Below the pieces are notes generated by a model. The model saw only the letters and a list, made by a program, of their open reading frames with translations. It did no database searches and had not been told where the DNA came from. Positions 1 to 16,600 of a DNA stretch of 64,000 nt are shown one piece after another. The DNA is from Lingula anatina. Its lineage: Eukaryota > Animalia > Brachiopoda. Positions within the stretch are counted from its first letter, which is position 1; the number at the start of each line of letters is the position of its first letter. The translations under genes and the position numbers were made by a program. The stretch covers positions 35,917,967-35,981,966 of the forward strand of contig CM120640.1 in assembly GCA_051362555.1 (NCBI GenBank), given 5' to 3'.

Positions 1-3000
1 ATAATTCATGCTTCCAACATTGGGTTTATTGTTGTTTTCCTTTGTTAAACAGTTGGTTTAAATGATTTCTTATCCTGAAAAATATACCAATCAATAATGC
101 ATTCTTTAAAAAAAAAAAAGATGAATTTTCCCAAATCAATTGAGCAGTTGCCAATCTGTCTAAATACAGTGAGAGATGCTGTCAAACTGCCTTGCTGTTG
201 CCATTTAAAGAATAAAGCATGTGAGCTATCTCCATATTGATCAAGCCTACAGGGGGAGTCAGGTCAGATAGGTTGTGTGATTCTGGATATAATGAAATGC
301 ATGAATAATCTGAAGAAATCATTCTACAAACTAAAATCAATTCTTTTGCAAAGACCAATTTTGGCATGCTCTACCCTGCTTGGTCTGCTATGAAAGGCAT
401 CCTGTCCATTTCTATATCTAGATATTTAATTTTCATATTCTACTCAGATTGCCTGAAGTGATATTCCAAAATCCATAAAATCACTCCACAATGGCTGTGT
501 TCTAACCATTAAGTCTAACGGACCAGTCATCAATTATGAAAACAAAACAAATTTAATCTTAAGCTATCCCATCTTCTCAGTTAACAAAACACTATCGTGT
601 CTATTATTCTAATCCTGTCTCTAACAGTATTTTTCCTCCCGTCTCCAGACCTTATACCTCTCTAACACATTCTCTCCTCCTCTGTCACAAACCTTTTTAC
701 AAGCTTATCTAATATGGCACCCGCCCCCTTTCCAATCTTTTTTTCTATCTCAAGCTTGCTGACATCTTATATTCCAAGTGGAACTAGTACCTACATTTTC
801 ACTGGACATAATTTTCATCTTGATAGTAAGCTCTGTCCTGCCTAACACACATCCCGAGTACCTTTACTTTCATTGAGCAGATGATCCAATACATTTTAAC
901 ACCCTTGAGTTTATAACATTTTTATGATTATGAATATTATTTATCTTGTATCACAACTTCAGTAGCATTGTTCTGTAATAATTACCCCCCCCCCCCCAAA
1001 ACACATAAACACACACACATACACACACACCACAAAGTCAAGGAAAAGAAAGGCCTTAGAATTCATATTCCAGTAATGTCACTACCTGCCTTCAATGGTC
1101 TTGTAATGCATGACAAACATTAAATTGCTGTCTCCTTGTCAAAAGTGAGTTCTATTGTCTACCAACATTAAACCTAAAACCCTAGTACCCACAAAGTACC
1201 TTTTCCTGTAACCAGCCGAGATGTAAGTTTTCAATTAATCATTCCTAAGTTAACAAAGAACTGTGGGCCTAACTGCACATCTGTACTCAGTGTAAATGGA
1301 TGACAGTTGCTTTAAAGCCACATAATGCAGTGTTAACTACAAGCATCACTCTCCCTAGATCAATGTTAGGACCATACATTAAGCAATAATGTTAATACTG
1401 GTAATTGAATTATGACCAAAAGCAATCATCAACTCTGTCACCCGAAAGATCATCATTTCTCCATGCCTGCCCAGGAACATTAGACAGTGAATGAAAAATA
1501 TTGAATTGGAGCCTTACTAGGGAGATTGATCAACTTACCATCAAAATACCAATAAGTGTTGTTCACTGCAACCATCCCCACACTGCTTGCATGCTGGAAC
1601 GAGAGAAAAGCAATCAAGAGTACTGTACACAATCACTGCTACCCTGTCTCTATGCTCCCCACTGTATAAATGTGTGTGTGAATGTGCTGCTTCCCTGTAA
1701 TATGAGGAATAAGCATGCAGATGAGCTGGCAACATATTCCTGGGTATTGATCTACCCAGTAAATCATATCTTCTAATTTAATTTCACACGGATGTCACTT
1801 TTCATTTGACTGAATCAACAATTTTCACACTCTGCTTATTTGCAAACAGGAGTAAGCATCAGACTTGGGAAGACTGGAGCAAGGCTGAAGAATTTAAAGA
1901 CAACATTTGTTTGCTCAGTGCAGCATTCGTGATGAAGTTAATTGCAGAGAGAAAATAAAGATAATTATTTGTGCAGAGAACAATTACCATCTAATAAACC
2001 TCCTGGCTGGATGTTATGCTGTCTCATATTGCGCAGAGTAGCAGCAGCTGTGACTTGGGAATGCTCACATGCCAGACACAATAACTATGTCACTTCAGGA
2101 AAATATTTCATAGACTTTTCCCACCTCACATTTAATTTGACACATAGAAAGGAGCATGCACTGCAATAATAGTCAAACGATGAACCTTCCCCAGAAATTG
2201 TATCAAATACATTGGAATCATCTAAAGCAACCATTTTCATCATTATGTATCAGATTGATATTCCTTGCTGACATTTAAGATGCCGTCACTTATTGAATCA
2301 AAATCAACTTTCTCATTCTGCTTTATTCCCCACTACTCATGAGCTTTTTACAACCAATGATTCAAACTTCCATGCACATCAACGGATACATACATTTGCA
2401 TATCTCGTAGACAGGGGCAAGGCATTCTACCTTGCTTTATTAGGAGTCTTAAACAAGTCACAACCAGCCCTACTGATACAATATGACCCATTTCTTCTGC
2501 ATGAGCCTATTTTCTTTGTCTATTCAATAATGTTTACGTCTTAATCTTGTTTTTTTTTATCTCTTCACCGATGCTTACTCCTTTTTTCTTCCTCTACCAA
2601 ATCTAATGGAGAAAACTAAGGGCCAATAACAAAATCACTTAAAGGACTTGCTGCAAATATTTATGCAGAATAAAAGAAGGGGGAAATACTTTTAAGAGCA
2701 TTTAGTGTGCCCATTTTTATATGTTACTCACTAATAGCATACAAAAGCCTTCTGTCCATTTCAAAATTTTATATATCAATAGTAGGAAACATAACACTAA
2801 GCTCTTATGCTGTCATTGTTTCTTTCTTTTTTTTTTTTTTGGTTATTTTGGTTATTATTTTAAATGTGAATTAAAAAAATTATACATTCTTAGCAGTTTG
2901 ATAGATGCTTAAATACAAAATGTGCTGATCCAAAAAGCCCCAGGCACCACTTAAATTTACCTTAGGATGAACTATAAATAAATCACATATATGTTTTAAA

Positions 3001-4664
3001 TCTGTCCACAAGTCACTTTAGACTGTTATCTGTGCTACATACTGTTATGACAGATTTTTCTTGAAGAGAAAGCCAATCTTCTCTTCACCTAACCATATAC
3101 AGTGTGATTTTAAATGTCCAAACTGAGCTCCAAAGACAAATATGCCTGCCATACTGCAGGCAGAACTCACACTAATCTTCACCCTGAATCATGCCATTAG
3201 GCCAGACTCCATATCAGATCCTAACTGCAAGATCAATCTTCACTCCTAGTAAGGCCAAAACAACAGCTTTTTTTGTTGTCTCATTTTAAACTACAAGAAA
3301 AAAATATGATTGAGGAATTTAAGGATGAAAGGAATTTTTATTCCAAGGAAAGGTGGGCTATTTAAGCTTGCAACATTGTTAATTATTTTAGACCCTAGGC
3401 TACCACAAATCTTGAAGCACAAGATTATGAACCCTAAACCGAGGGAAAAGACATAAAGAGCATTGTCATATGAATTTTTAAAGATTAACATGTTAACTAC
3501 CATCCAAGCAGTAATGCTGAAGCCACTCACTGAAAAAAGCCAGATAAAAATCAAGAAACCAACTGAGACTAACCATTTTTTTATCAAAAATATATTTCAA
3601 TAAATTCATTCTTTCCTTTATTTTTCTTTTTTATATAGAGTCCATGTGTTAGGTAGGAAAATCCTCCAGCAAGAGTCTTTTTTCCTCTGCACAGGAATAT
3701 ACTTATTCACAGCTATAAAAGCGTGACCTTTTCTGCTTGGCCTTGTTGGAAAGCTTAAGTAATTAACACATCTATTGGAGTGACTTCGCAGTGCTGAAAA
3801 TGTCAATGAGTCTCAAGCTGGTTTGTTCTGCTGGTCTCAGGGCACACTACTACATCAGATTAAAATTGATGGCAAGGTAGAAACAAGTGTTTTCAGGAAC
3901 TGGTTCCAGGAAATGCGTGGCCTTTTTTTCACAGCAGAACCAGATCACTTATCACTAAACAATTGCATCTTTGTTCACTGGAGTGTCAAGTGCTAGATAA
4001 GGTGAGGACCGAAAGAGATTATGCCCTAGATTGAACAACAAAAAACTGACAACCAGTCTTAAAATTGCCTGAGAAAATAAAGTGAATCTTAAATTAGGCA
4101 TAACACCATTTCTTTAAGAAAGAACCAAAAAAAGAAAAAAAGAAGAAAGATAATTATATAGGTATATCAAAACAGAATAACAGGAAATTTGAATTCTGAA
4201 GTGAATAAAAAGAGGGGGGTGAGGGAGAGGCAATGAACAGAAAATATAAATTGGTATAATTCATATCTATTCAGTGAATGCCTTGGTAGGTAAAACTGTT
4301 TTGATCATTTTTTCTCTTTTGACCTTTATGGCTATGTTATATACATGTAAATATAATAATATATGCTTGCCTGCTGTAGCATATGCACAAACTCTTTCCA
4401 TATGATACACTTATGTGCCGTCACAGCTGACTCAAAGCTTGTGTTGCTCAAAAACACCAAAATTTGAAAAAAAAGCTCTGGCACACTTCTCATGTCAACA
4501 GTTCCATAACCATTGCCATGTGTTCAATACCAACATATAATATTTCTAAATCGTGACCCTCTGCCTGAGCATCTGCAGTCAACCAACTATGTTCTCACTA
4601 ACTTGGCCGCAGCTCTTGACTTGCACTCGGGCAGAGCCAATTTTCCTGTGCAAACTTTACTCAC

Positions 4665-7600
4665 CATAGTGTCCGGATCATGGCTGCCATTTAGGATGTC
4701 CCCCAGCTCCTCCTGCCTTTCCTTGCAGACATGGTGTTTCAACAACAGAGAAGCTCGATCTGAAATATACAACAATGACAGCTGTCAATCAAGTGTCACT
4801 GACACTTAATGCAGTCAGTTTTCTTGGCAGTTTATCAGCAGTGGTACCAAATTCAAACTTTCTGTAACCAATGTCGTATTATTGTTTAAGCTTTGATTCA
4901 GAGAAATGGTTTCTTTTAATTCTCTAGTTGCAGATATTCATCTTTTTAATACCAGTCAGAGTGTCCTTCGCCTGTCTTTCAGCCACCAGTTCAATACTCA
5001 TACACTATTCAGCAAGAATTTTTATCAGTCCACTGTCTACTTTCAGTCAGTAGAATTCACATCTTGAAGCAAGACACCATGTCTTTCTGGCATTTTAGAT
5101 GACTGTATCAAAAATGGATGCCATTTGAATCTTGTAGGTGTTTCTTAATCATAATCAGTATATGTAATTATACATACCTGAAAGCCAAAAAAGTTATTCT
5201 CTCTGCCTGTGTGAAAAAACTCCTATCAAACCTACTTATCTGACCTGTTAAATCTAAATTATATCTTTTAGTAGGATGTCTAGGCAATAACAAAGATTTT
5301 TTAACCACAGCTTTCCACATCGGTTATATCACATTTATATGACATATCTGCAACGATTACCGATTATCACATAACCAAATACTAGCTAGAGTGTCTGCGG
5401 ATCTCAAAAAAAAAAAAAAAAAAACATTACTTCAATTTTCTTGTTATCAAACATATGCAGTCCTGTGACTTGATCTACTGATTCATAAAATGAAACCATC
5501 ATTGCAGTTTTGTTCTATCCTCATGCTATCTACTATTTTACATTTTATTTTTGGTCTGATGACTGAACAGCATTTTTATTGCAAGTTCTTCTCTTGTACT
5601 GTCTGTATTAAGGGTGAAAGGGTGGGGATGGGAGTTCAAATCCATTGCCATTAGAAAAAGAGTGGTGTGAATATTTTTTTCTGTAAAATCCTATAATTTG
5701 ATATTGAGAGATAATAAGTTCCACCTATGTTCTACTGGATAAAAGCAATAATCTCTTCACTTAGACAGCCTCTAAAGAGAAATGTTGTTTTTCTCCGAAA
5801 AATGTCTGAGAAATTGTGAAATCATAAAGAGGGATTAAAAACAAACCCTCCCCATATCCAATTCTTTGAAATACTCACTGCCACAAAATCAAATGTCATT
5901 TCACGTCTTATTTTCTTGAAACACGGGGAAACTTTTCAAATTTCATGGCAATGGAGAAGGCTCTTGGTGCAAGCAAAACTTACATAAATGAGATTTCTAG
6001 AAATTTCCTAGAAAGGAAGTCCCTGGAGAGTTAGCATTGTCCAGTGCAAGTAATAACCAGTCCCTAATGATGACCAGATGGTCAGATCTATTATCAGTAT
6101 TGATGAATATTGATGGTCACAACCCATCGGTAGATTTTTCGTCAACAAATTGAAAGCATCAACTGTGTCACAGAAAATATGGACCATAAATTGTTTGAAT
6201 GTTTTGAATGGATCCTGGTAACAAAGGTGAAATACAATCAAACTGCACTGAAGGAAAAGGCTTTTAAGTTCAGCATCTTCCCATACTTCCCATCTTCCAC
6301 TCACTGCTGTTTGAATTTATGAAAATCATTGTATAACACCTGATGTGTGTATTCTAAATCTTTTCCATTTTCTGACTATTAAAACCATTTGGAAAAAGGC
6401 ACTTCCTCATCATTAAAAAAACTAGTGCCAGTCATCAGACCAAACAAATTACTAGCTTCCACCACAGAAATAATTTTCTACTGCTGCTTATGTATTTTAC
6501 GACAAATTTGGATAAAACATTCAAATGCAAAGTAAAACTTTTTTACTGCTTGAAATTATGGGAGCAGTTTTGCAACTGATTTCAGCTTCTTAGCTTTCCT
6601 GAGCATCTACACAATTATAGGGTTGAGTATTAAAACTAAACTACTTTTGTAGGTGACTTTCCAAGTTTCTAATGATCATCCACCTTGGCCTTAATTACAG
6701 AAACTCACCTTTTTTTGTAAAGTGTCCACCTGAGTTCAGAATCTTTTAAGTCCTTGCACACTTGCACCTTCTGGGGTAAAAACTGTTTTAAATGGGTCTT
6801 CTAGTAGCTTACTCTGAAACAAAAAAGAATTTATTTAATTCTGCTGACAAGTCAACCATGCAGGTGCCTGCAATGGTAGAAAAAATTGGAATATTACATG
6901 AATAGATGGTGTTACTACCTGTCAATAAACAAGAATAAAAAATCCAGTAAGCAACTTTCAAAAACAAATACCTGCATGAGCAACTCATCACAGAGAAACA
7001 TGAATGAAACCACTACCACAAGTTTTGCTACATACGACACTTCATCTGTAGGTTGTTTGTCAAAGTTATGACTAAGCTAGATCAAGTTCTGAGATCAGCC
7101 TAAATATTACGACACTCCTAATAGATTTTTACCACCAAAACCTTGTGCCCAGGTGCTACATAAGAAAGTTAATATGAAAATGAAGCAACAGAATTACTAC
7201 TTTTTCTCTGAACTTGATACATATATATATCTTTGCAGGGGGCATTTATAACAGAGGATACCTGAATCAGCACCAGACAGACACAAAACTTTTGTCAACA
7301 AGAAACCCTGTTTTTGTTGCTCAAGTGTTTGCTCTAATCATGCCAACTGTGACATCTGGCAAGATGTCACATTGCACAGGCGGTAGCAACATATCCACAA
7401 AGTTTGAGATGCCACACACACCGTTCCAATCTGCTCTCATCACATCTACATGCACTTCTACATTCCACTTACACCACATTCCACCATTTTATTTCTGTTT
7501 TGCAAGTGCCATTTTTTCCTACAGCAACAAGAGCCATGTTGAATATTCAAATAGGAATTTGACAAAATATCATTGACATCAATGACAAACTATGTGCCAC

Positions 7601-10600
7601 CTATTTGGTGCTCTGGTCATTTTGTTCCACACACAATAAAATTAAGCAAAATGCTGATAAATTTATTTCTTCCCCCACTGTGACAACCAGTTTGTCATCA
7701 GTCACCTTGGATCTTATTAGCATGTCTCAGACAGTCTAATAGCTTATCTTTATTGTGTCCAACCTAGATTTTTTGATCTTCTCTGAAGCAATGGATACAG
7801 TCACACAATGCCACAAACCAAAAAAATGTAGAACAGACAATAATCTTGAAAAGGTAAACAACTGTAATATAAACAAAGGGTCATCTATGTGCTAACACTG
7901 GACAAAAACTATAAGTACAACTACTTGGTGTAATGAAATAATATTGTTTTTCCTGTAATGCTTCTTAATATGTCTATCATTTAAGAAGTGGAGCAGGGGG
8001 GTAAAAGCTCTGTTAGCAATATACATGACAATCTTCAGAGTTCTTTGCACCTGTGTGACATGTACAAGCCAAGGTATTCATTTTTTACTTTCAGTTCTCC
8101 CACTGGGCAGGTTACCTACAGTCCTGACAACACTGTGTACCTACCTAATACTTGACGATCCTAGCTTCCTGTACTCTTCTCCTGACAAGAAAGAAGTTTA
8201 AAAAACTTCACATCTTCATCCATTTTCATCTCTAAACTAGATTTAAAGCAATGAGACCCTAAAATCTTCAGCGTTCTAGTGAAGTGTGACACACTGCATG
8301 GCTTCACTGCACTAAACTCATTGTAGCTAGGGACCCCTCTCTCTTTCCTGGCCTACATATGACCTCTCCTGTGCTATCAAAAACACCAGTATAAATAAAC
8401 AAATGAACTTGAATCTGACCTCTAGGAATGGGATGTATTTCTATTTTATTAAAAACCATGCATTAGTGCCTGTAAGGGCTTATTCACATTTACTGAACTG
8501 AGAGGCAAAAAATTTATAATTCATGGAGGTTATAAATGGATTTTTATCACTTTGTGACATTGCTGCAGCATGCAAGTTTGGATGAATCTCAGCTTCTGTT
8601 ACTGCAGTACTTTAAGTCGCAGCAAAGTAAAGTAAATTACAATGAAACCTTGCAACAAAATAATACCAATAATGTGTCCTTTCATATGTTTTTCTTCTAC
8701 AAAACAACCAATGTTGACAATTGATTTTTTTTTCTTAACGGATTTTTTCGTTATCACAGACTGATCTCTTGAATTCAACAACAAACAGTTACAGAACAAG
8801 TGTTTGCAGAATAACACACCTGATAACATCTGCCTTACGTGCTTTGCTCACAAAATGCTTTCAAACAGAATCCTATTTACTCCACTAAAGCTTAGTGCCT
8901 TTAAGACTTCAGACACCAATGATTGGAGCTTATTTAACCAAAAATGCCTGGTATAATACTACTGTTATTGGCTGTTACCCTACATACGGTACATAGGGAA
9001 ATTCAAATGAAGCAATTATAAGTATTGACTTAATGATGAACAGATAAAATGTGAAATGGTATCTATTTCTATTTATTACTGTAACAATGATAAATGTTCC
9101 AACCCATTTAGAATGTAAGAGAGGCTGCCGTGAGTATTAATTATTACAAAAACTTAAAATCAAATATATAAACATATTAAGTACTTGCTTCTAATATGCT
9201 CCAGATGAGTAAGTACCTAGAAATGCTCTGCAAAATTGATCAGCCTATGCCACAATGGAATCTTAGGACTGCAAAATTTCAAAAACTTCAATATTAATTT
9301 CCCTTCCTAAAAAAAAGAATTAAAGTATTTACACTGAAGTCCAAAATTATCTATATATTCAGTTTTAGGTATTTTGAAAATGATCTCCATTTTGACATGC
9401 AATGGCTTAAGCACGTACGATTTGAAAACAAATTGTGAAAAATAATGCAAAAGTAAGGTTTATGGAAGAACTAGCATCACAACAACAGATTTTTAAGTGG
9501 CTTCTCAAAATGGCTGTATTTATCTAAACCCTTTGTGTACCTCTGTGAGTAAAGACTCCTCCAAGGTGACATATACTTACTTCAAATCAATAGTTAAAGC
9601 AGACACTTGTTTTTCAATTAGCAAAGATTGATGGGACTCTTCTCCCTTTCCTTGTACCAACATTAAGGAAACAAGACTTTTGCAACCATTCAGGAAGTCA
9701 ATCAGCATCCCAAACTGTCAGATAAAATCAAATGTCGTGTTGGGAAAAACTGGAGGTTGGATAATCCTCCCAACCACAATAAAACACAATATATAAACTC
9801 CTTACCACAGTGTCACAGAGTGCAGTGCTGCCACCAGAACCTGCTGATGGCACCCTAACATGTCAACTTTCAATTTTTAAGCCCCTTTTTTTTAGTCTGT
9901 TCCATTTTCAAGACAGGTAGATAACTGATAATTGAAGGGCAAGCTGCTTGGAAAAGAATATGGATATCTCCATACCTTTTTATTCTCTGATATTCCTTAA
10001 TTTTTAGGTATAAATGAACCCTTAAGTCAAACATTCCCTTATGTAGCATTTCATCTGTAAGTTATCTTTTCTAAAATCTTTTTTTTTAATCCAACTTAGC
10101 TTCAATTTGGTAATTACTCAAAAATTTCAAACATAAATTATTTCCCCACTTGAAATGTTTCGTTAATTAATAATAAAGTTAAAAAATAAATTATCTTATT
10201 AAAAAGTTTTTAAAAGTTTGTTTGCTTTGTGTCAAGAAAGTAAATTATTGTAACTTACACATCTTGAAAACTTCAAATATTAGAAAAAGTGTGACATTTG
10301 ATAGTTCTAAAAAATTACCATATATTAATCTATCTAGGAACCATAAGGCCACAAAAAGAAGCAGCAAAGATTTGGCAGATAGACTAAGACAAGGAAACGA
10401 GGAATTCTAAACACATACACAATACCCACTGTGATATCAGGTTATATTATAGTCAACATACAGGTGATAATAACTGAACCCTGTATGAAAACTTTTGATG
10501 GCCCTTCAGGAGGTATTACTATGACAGTAATGCTCAATTTAAAATAAAAAGCCTAATACAATATACTTTACAATTAATTCAGATTTATCAATTAATCACT

Positions 10601-13600
10601 GCTTAATTGAATTTAAGACATTTGGCTCAGTAAAACATAAACTAATGTCATCTTAGATTACAAAGAGTTGACAAGCGTGTACATGTATAATCAACAGTGA
10701 TGACAATAAGTGAATATTGCCACTGCTAATCAGGAACACTATCAACATCTTTCTCCTACCATATCATTATGAATAATAACAGGAACTAACTCTCAAATGA
10801 TTGCTAAATATAATCAAGAATTACAAACAGCCATAATAATAATAATCACACCCTGAACCGTACCTCCTGTTTTTGTTGACAAGTGGAGAAATAATTTCAT
10901 CATTCTCAACCAACGCAAATTGTGTCAAGGGTCTACTGTGACAAAGGAAACCCCGCACAAACCCATCCCCTTGTTTTGAATCGAATGCTGGAACTGCAAA
11001 ACCACCGCGCAAACATGTTGCAAAAGTTCACGTCCTGTTTATACCTAGCTTTCAGAAGCTCAACAAGTGGTGTGTGTGCTACTGGTGGCCATTGTTGAAG
11101 CTTCCTACACAGTGAAGTACATCCTTACCTGTCTGTCATTGCAGTCAACTCTCCTTATCAGAAGTACTCTACAATATGCCAGGCAAGATCATCCCTCTAA
11201 CAGGCCATGGTAGCTATTGTCTCTTGTTTGCCTTTGCTCCACTGCATCCCGCGCTCCATTCAACCTGTTTCTATGTCTTGTGTACTTTCAATTTAATCGA
11301 CAAACATGTTTCTACACAGCCTCTGAATACAGTGAAAGAAACTTTTCAAACTGGTTCATTCCCGCAGCCAAGTCGCAACAGAAATAACTTTGAAGGAAAA
11401 TAGCCTCACTTTAAACAAATGCTCTATTACTGCCAAATAAAGCCAGCTTAAGTATTGAACATATTGAGTCATCAGCTGAGTTTTCAGTAAGGATTTGATA
11501 GTATTAATCAATAAGACACAATGTTTTGTGTTTCAATAAAATCAAAGCATTTAGTGCTACCAAAATTGACCCTTAAGGAATGAGACACAAAAGGTAATTC
11601 AATACACACCAGACAGTAGTATCTTACTTAAACAGTTATTCTCAATATCCTCTTAACTGATGCTAATCGTCTCCTTTTTCTCATTCTATCCCTAGTAGCA
11701 CCTATTCACCTGTCTAAGGCTCTATAGCTTATTACTGCAGCGTGGAATTTATAATCACCTGATCTAAGGGAGTATAACAACAGGTTTATTGACTTTGTTC
11801 ATTTTCAAACAGGTGTAAATCAGGTGTGTTTCCAAACTAGGTCAGCACCTAGATCACTGCCCAGAACACACCAACTCCTAGGTATCTATATCTCCCTGTC
11901 TGGACCTAAAACAAGTGACATGAAAAAGCATGTTAAAGATACTCTGTTTCAGTTACAAAAAGTTTGAATAACTTTTTTCCTTCTATTTGTTATATTCTCT
12001 CTCCCTCTCTCTTCATTTATCATAAAAACTTCTTTCCATTTATCAAAAAACAACATTCGATTAACTTATAATCAACACCTCTCCATTTAAGCTAAAAATA
12101 TACACCCAGTATAAAGTGCTTTGACTGAATCATCTGTCATTAAAAAAAGACCTGCAGCTGTCTAAACTGATGAAAAAAAACACCATATTGTCCTCAACTA
12201 TACACAAATGTTGAACATCACAGTCACCCTTTGACTTACTAATATAAATGTCCTTCACAAAGACACTTCACTGATTTGCAAGCTAGAGAATTTTTGCCGC
12301 AACTTTAATTTCCCACATACACCATTAAGACGCAAATAGCTGCCTGGCGTAAAATAGAGTCCATCATATACATATATACCAAATTCATAAAACACCCACT
12401 GATGAACATGTATCAGCTTTTAGCCCGTGCTTAGAAATTATGCAAATGTACATTACCTCAGGACACCAAAGGCATCATCTGTTGAAAGGAAAACACTTCA
12501 TAAAATTCGCATTAAGTTTTACAAAAAGTGTAATGCACATTTTCAAAAACTAGCACAACAACAATACAAAGCTTCAAATCACATATTTAGCTTACCTTCT
12601 ATTATAAAAAAAACAGACCATGAAATTACCAAGCCATTTTTTTTAACTGAAGCAGGTGGATTAGGAAGAAACCATACATGTCTAACAACATGCACTGTCA
12701 AAATATGGTATGAAAAAAAATACCTTGTGGACACCAAAAAAATATACAGAAACTGATAACAGATATACTGCCGACATCCAGGTTAACTGACACAACTCGG
12801 AGAGACTGCAAGTGTCTTCACAGTGTCAACAAAACACAGGTAACCGATGCCATGACCCAGTTCACATATAAGTCATTTGGAAAATCTGGACCATCCAAAA
12901 ACAAGCTGTATGTTGAACTGGAGCAACCAATCTTATCTGAGGGCTGGACTGAAGAAGATTAATGTAGCTAATAATACACTTAAACAAGATACCACTTTAC
13001 ACAAACCAGAATTTTTCAGTGGCAAGTGCCTGTCGTATCTGTCAAATGGTCACAACAAATGCAGGTAGACTTATCTTCCAGTATGATGGTACTATTACAG
13101 CACAAAACCTACTAAGATATGCTTGCAAAATAGCTCATTTGGAACCAAAAAAAGTGCAAATCTTCTTGGAAATTTGATGAGCTTACTTCATCAGTTGACA
13201 AACTGTGTTTTAAACTAAATACTGGTATATTTTGTCATAATAAAAATTGCATGAAAATGCTTAATTGACTGTCATATTGATCTTGTAGCACTAATATTCT
13301 GAGAAAGTTTAAAATGCAGTTGATGCAACAAAGTGCAGGTTCTTCCTCACATAAAAGACCTCTTTGTATCAAAACTTTTTATAAGACAGGACAATGCTTT
13401 CAGTTTTTTTTTTTTTTCATCAATGTCCTGACTACACACCTCTCCCGCAATATCCATTAGGGCCAGATAACAGATATAACCACAGCAAAATACCACATAA
13501 TTAACCTGGTCAACTTTGTACCCAGTTGACTGTAATTTCAAAAACCATTTTCTTTACTCAAAATAGCGTATTCAAAAACATTACCTCTACTACACATTGT

Positions 13601-16600
13601 ACCTCATAACCAAAAATTTATTGTATATGCTCTATACAATAAGTGTTAGAATACTAAATCCAAAGAAAATGGTTTTAAAATTTCATAGAGTGTCAAGACA
13701 ATTCTGAAAAATAGTAGAATTTGCCAAATTGTACCAATCATTCACAGATCCATGGGTTTTCTACATCAATGAAGGTGGATCATATAAAGCGATCAAATAC
13801 TAAACTTGTCATCAACATCACCATCCCCGATAATTTAGATTCAAAGAACAAGCAGATCATTACACGTAGGTGTTTGGGTCAATAGAAATCAATATTGTAC
13901 AGTTATTGGTGACTGTGGTCAAATGTATGTTGACACCCACATCTTTCTATCATAAAAGGTTGTTTTTCATTCCTCTTCCTGACAAAACTGATCACTGCAG
14001 CGCTGAAAATATTATTGCTCAACTTTGGGTTGCACAATCTAATCAATACAAAAACGTATGTTCTTTGTACCTTCAATAATGACTGAGTCAATAAAAATGA
14101 TGCATTATTCTGATCTGCAGAATTAAAGACAAAAATCTAAGTTTTCAATTACAAGTTCCGCTATTTTTTTTATTTGGTTGTCATTCTTAAGCTAGTGTAA
14201 TTAAGTGGCTGCATTAAAGATTTCAGCAATTTCTTTCAATTAAGTCAGATCACAAATCCACTACCCCCAAAAAGTTACCAAAATACCAAACTTTGACACT
14301 CTGGCCTCAGGGTCCCCTTACAGTACATAACAAAATTATTTTATCAAACCCTGTGGGATTTAACGTTATCAACGGTAACGCATTCCTTGCCAGACATACC
14401 CTTTGAAATTTGAAATTGTCAGTGGGAGCAATATCACACTTAGATGCAAAGAAGCACACACACCTGTCTATGTAACATAATGCAAGTCAAGTATCCCCTC
14501 AGACTTTCTCTAGATGCCTAGCTCAGCCCTACCCAACTACCAGACTAGGCACCGAATGATCCCGAATTCACTGGTATATCGGACCACACTACCCGTTTTC
14601 AAGGTGTGCATCAGTACCCATTTCACAGTATCATACCCCAGAACAAATTTTGAGATGGGATGCACTACTTTCCAATCCAGCTGAGAATCATCATCATCAT
14701 CTCATAGCATACTAGGCAAGAGCGTTGTCACGTCTGATACTTCGAAGCATGTACTGATACACACCTTGAAAACGTGTACTAGTATTGTGGTCCGATCTAA
14801 CGCTGAATTCAGGATCATTCGGTTCCGAGTCTGGTAGTTGGGTAGGCCTGTAGCCAACTGACTACACACAACCCCACAAAACTGTCCACCTCTGTTGCTG
14901 AGGCACCATGTAAGGGGTGGAAAGAGGTGGAGCTGATTGGGTGTTGTCCCACAGGGGCCAATACCTTAAATTTTGTATGCTATTTTGGAGGCCCTGATAT
15001 CACAGGGTATCAAACCTTTGTATATGCAGAGCAACAGAAGAAGATAAAATCTACAACCTACAAATCTGCTTGGCTGTACCACAAGCAAAATATGCCTTAT
15101 CTGACGGATAAGCAGGCCATTCAATTATTTGAAATGTATTGCTGTGCATGTCAGAATTTAATAATGACAAGAAATGGAAGGAGTACTTGATGAATAATCA
15201 ACATTTTATCTGTTTCACCATCTATGATAAAAGCATTTGATTTTTTTTACTTACCTTGTTATTTAATGAAGCAAATTAAGTTCTTCTTGATAAAAAGCGA
15301 TAAACTGCATCAAATACGACAACTCCCAAGTACTTCTAATGGTCTCATAAGGTTGTCTTGCTGAAACAAATAAATAACATAATTTCACACATCAAACATA
15401 TTATATCCCTATGAATGACGATACAAATGTACGTAGACATTTCTTTTACATAAATATAATTACATCTCACCCCTATCAGTAAATTCAGTGAAAGCGTAAA
15501 TTGGGATTTTGTTAATTGCAAATATATAAGATGCTGTTGACTGAAACACAAACATGAAGCTTTGTTTTTCACATGCTGTTAAATTGAATCTTCAGTCATG
15601 CTATACTCAAAATTTAACTGACAGTTGCTATTCTCATGGTCTCTATTATATCTTTGTTGGTGTTGTATCAAGTACTGACACATTTTATTCCTGGATGTCA
15701 ATTTTTTTACTTAACTACTTTCTGTAATAAATAACAACAGCCATACTAAATTATATTTGACTGAACTAACATGTCTTATGTAACTTTCTAGATTGAAGTA
15801 TGTTATGAAGATTTTCTATACATTGTTGGTTATGAAACATCCACTAACAGTATATCAATAAGTTAGTGTAATTTCACCTGGCAATATAGCTAGAAGGTGT
15901 ATTTGCCTGCCTTACAAATGATCCATGAAGATTCTTTCTCCACGGGAGCCAATAGCTATACATTATTTGTTGCTCACCCAGTACCTATATCATCAGGCAT
16001 AGCTTAACCTAATATATCTCCCCACCAAGGAGTTCTACACTACCATCATCATCAGTGCCTCAGCGTACCTTGTCATTTTATCTATCGCCTTATCTACGCC
16101 ACCCTATTTGCACACCAGGGGAAATAAAAGGCTTTACTGCTACAACCAAAGCAGTGAAAGGCAGCCCTGCAGATGTGTATTGTCATTAAAACTGGGTCTT
16201 TGCACAAATTTGCAGGTTCAATTATTTCCTACTATGAGTGGACACAAAACCCCCATTGACTGTGCGCCACTGAAAAAATTTTAGGAATGATAGCGGAGAG
16301 GCAATCAATTGTGTTCTAATCCCAGTCTGAATAAAGGGCACCTACACACATATTTGCTGCACTTAACATATAAATCTACCTGTTGTGTTTGGATTGTGTG
16401 CTGATTAATCTGTGCTTCTCTTTCATGCCCTTACAGGAGAGTGGCTGGAACAACAAACTTACCTCCTGACCCGGATTCACAAGATCTCAATTTTATATAT
16501 CACCTTTCAAACTCTGAAAGGTCTCTGAACTCGACTCATACGTCTTCTCACCCCTGTCATGTTATAAATCTAAGGATAATAAGAAGTATTTGTCACAGAT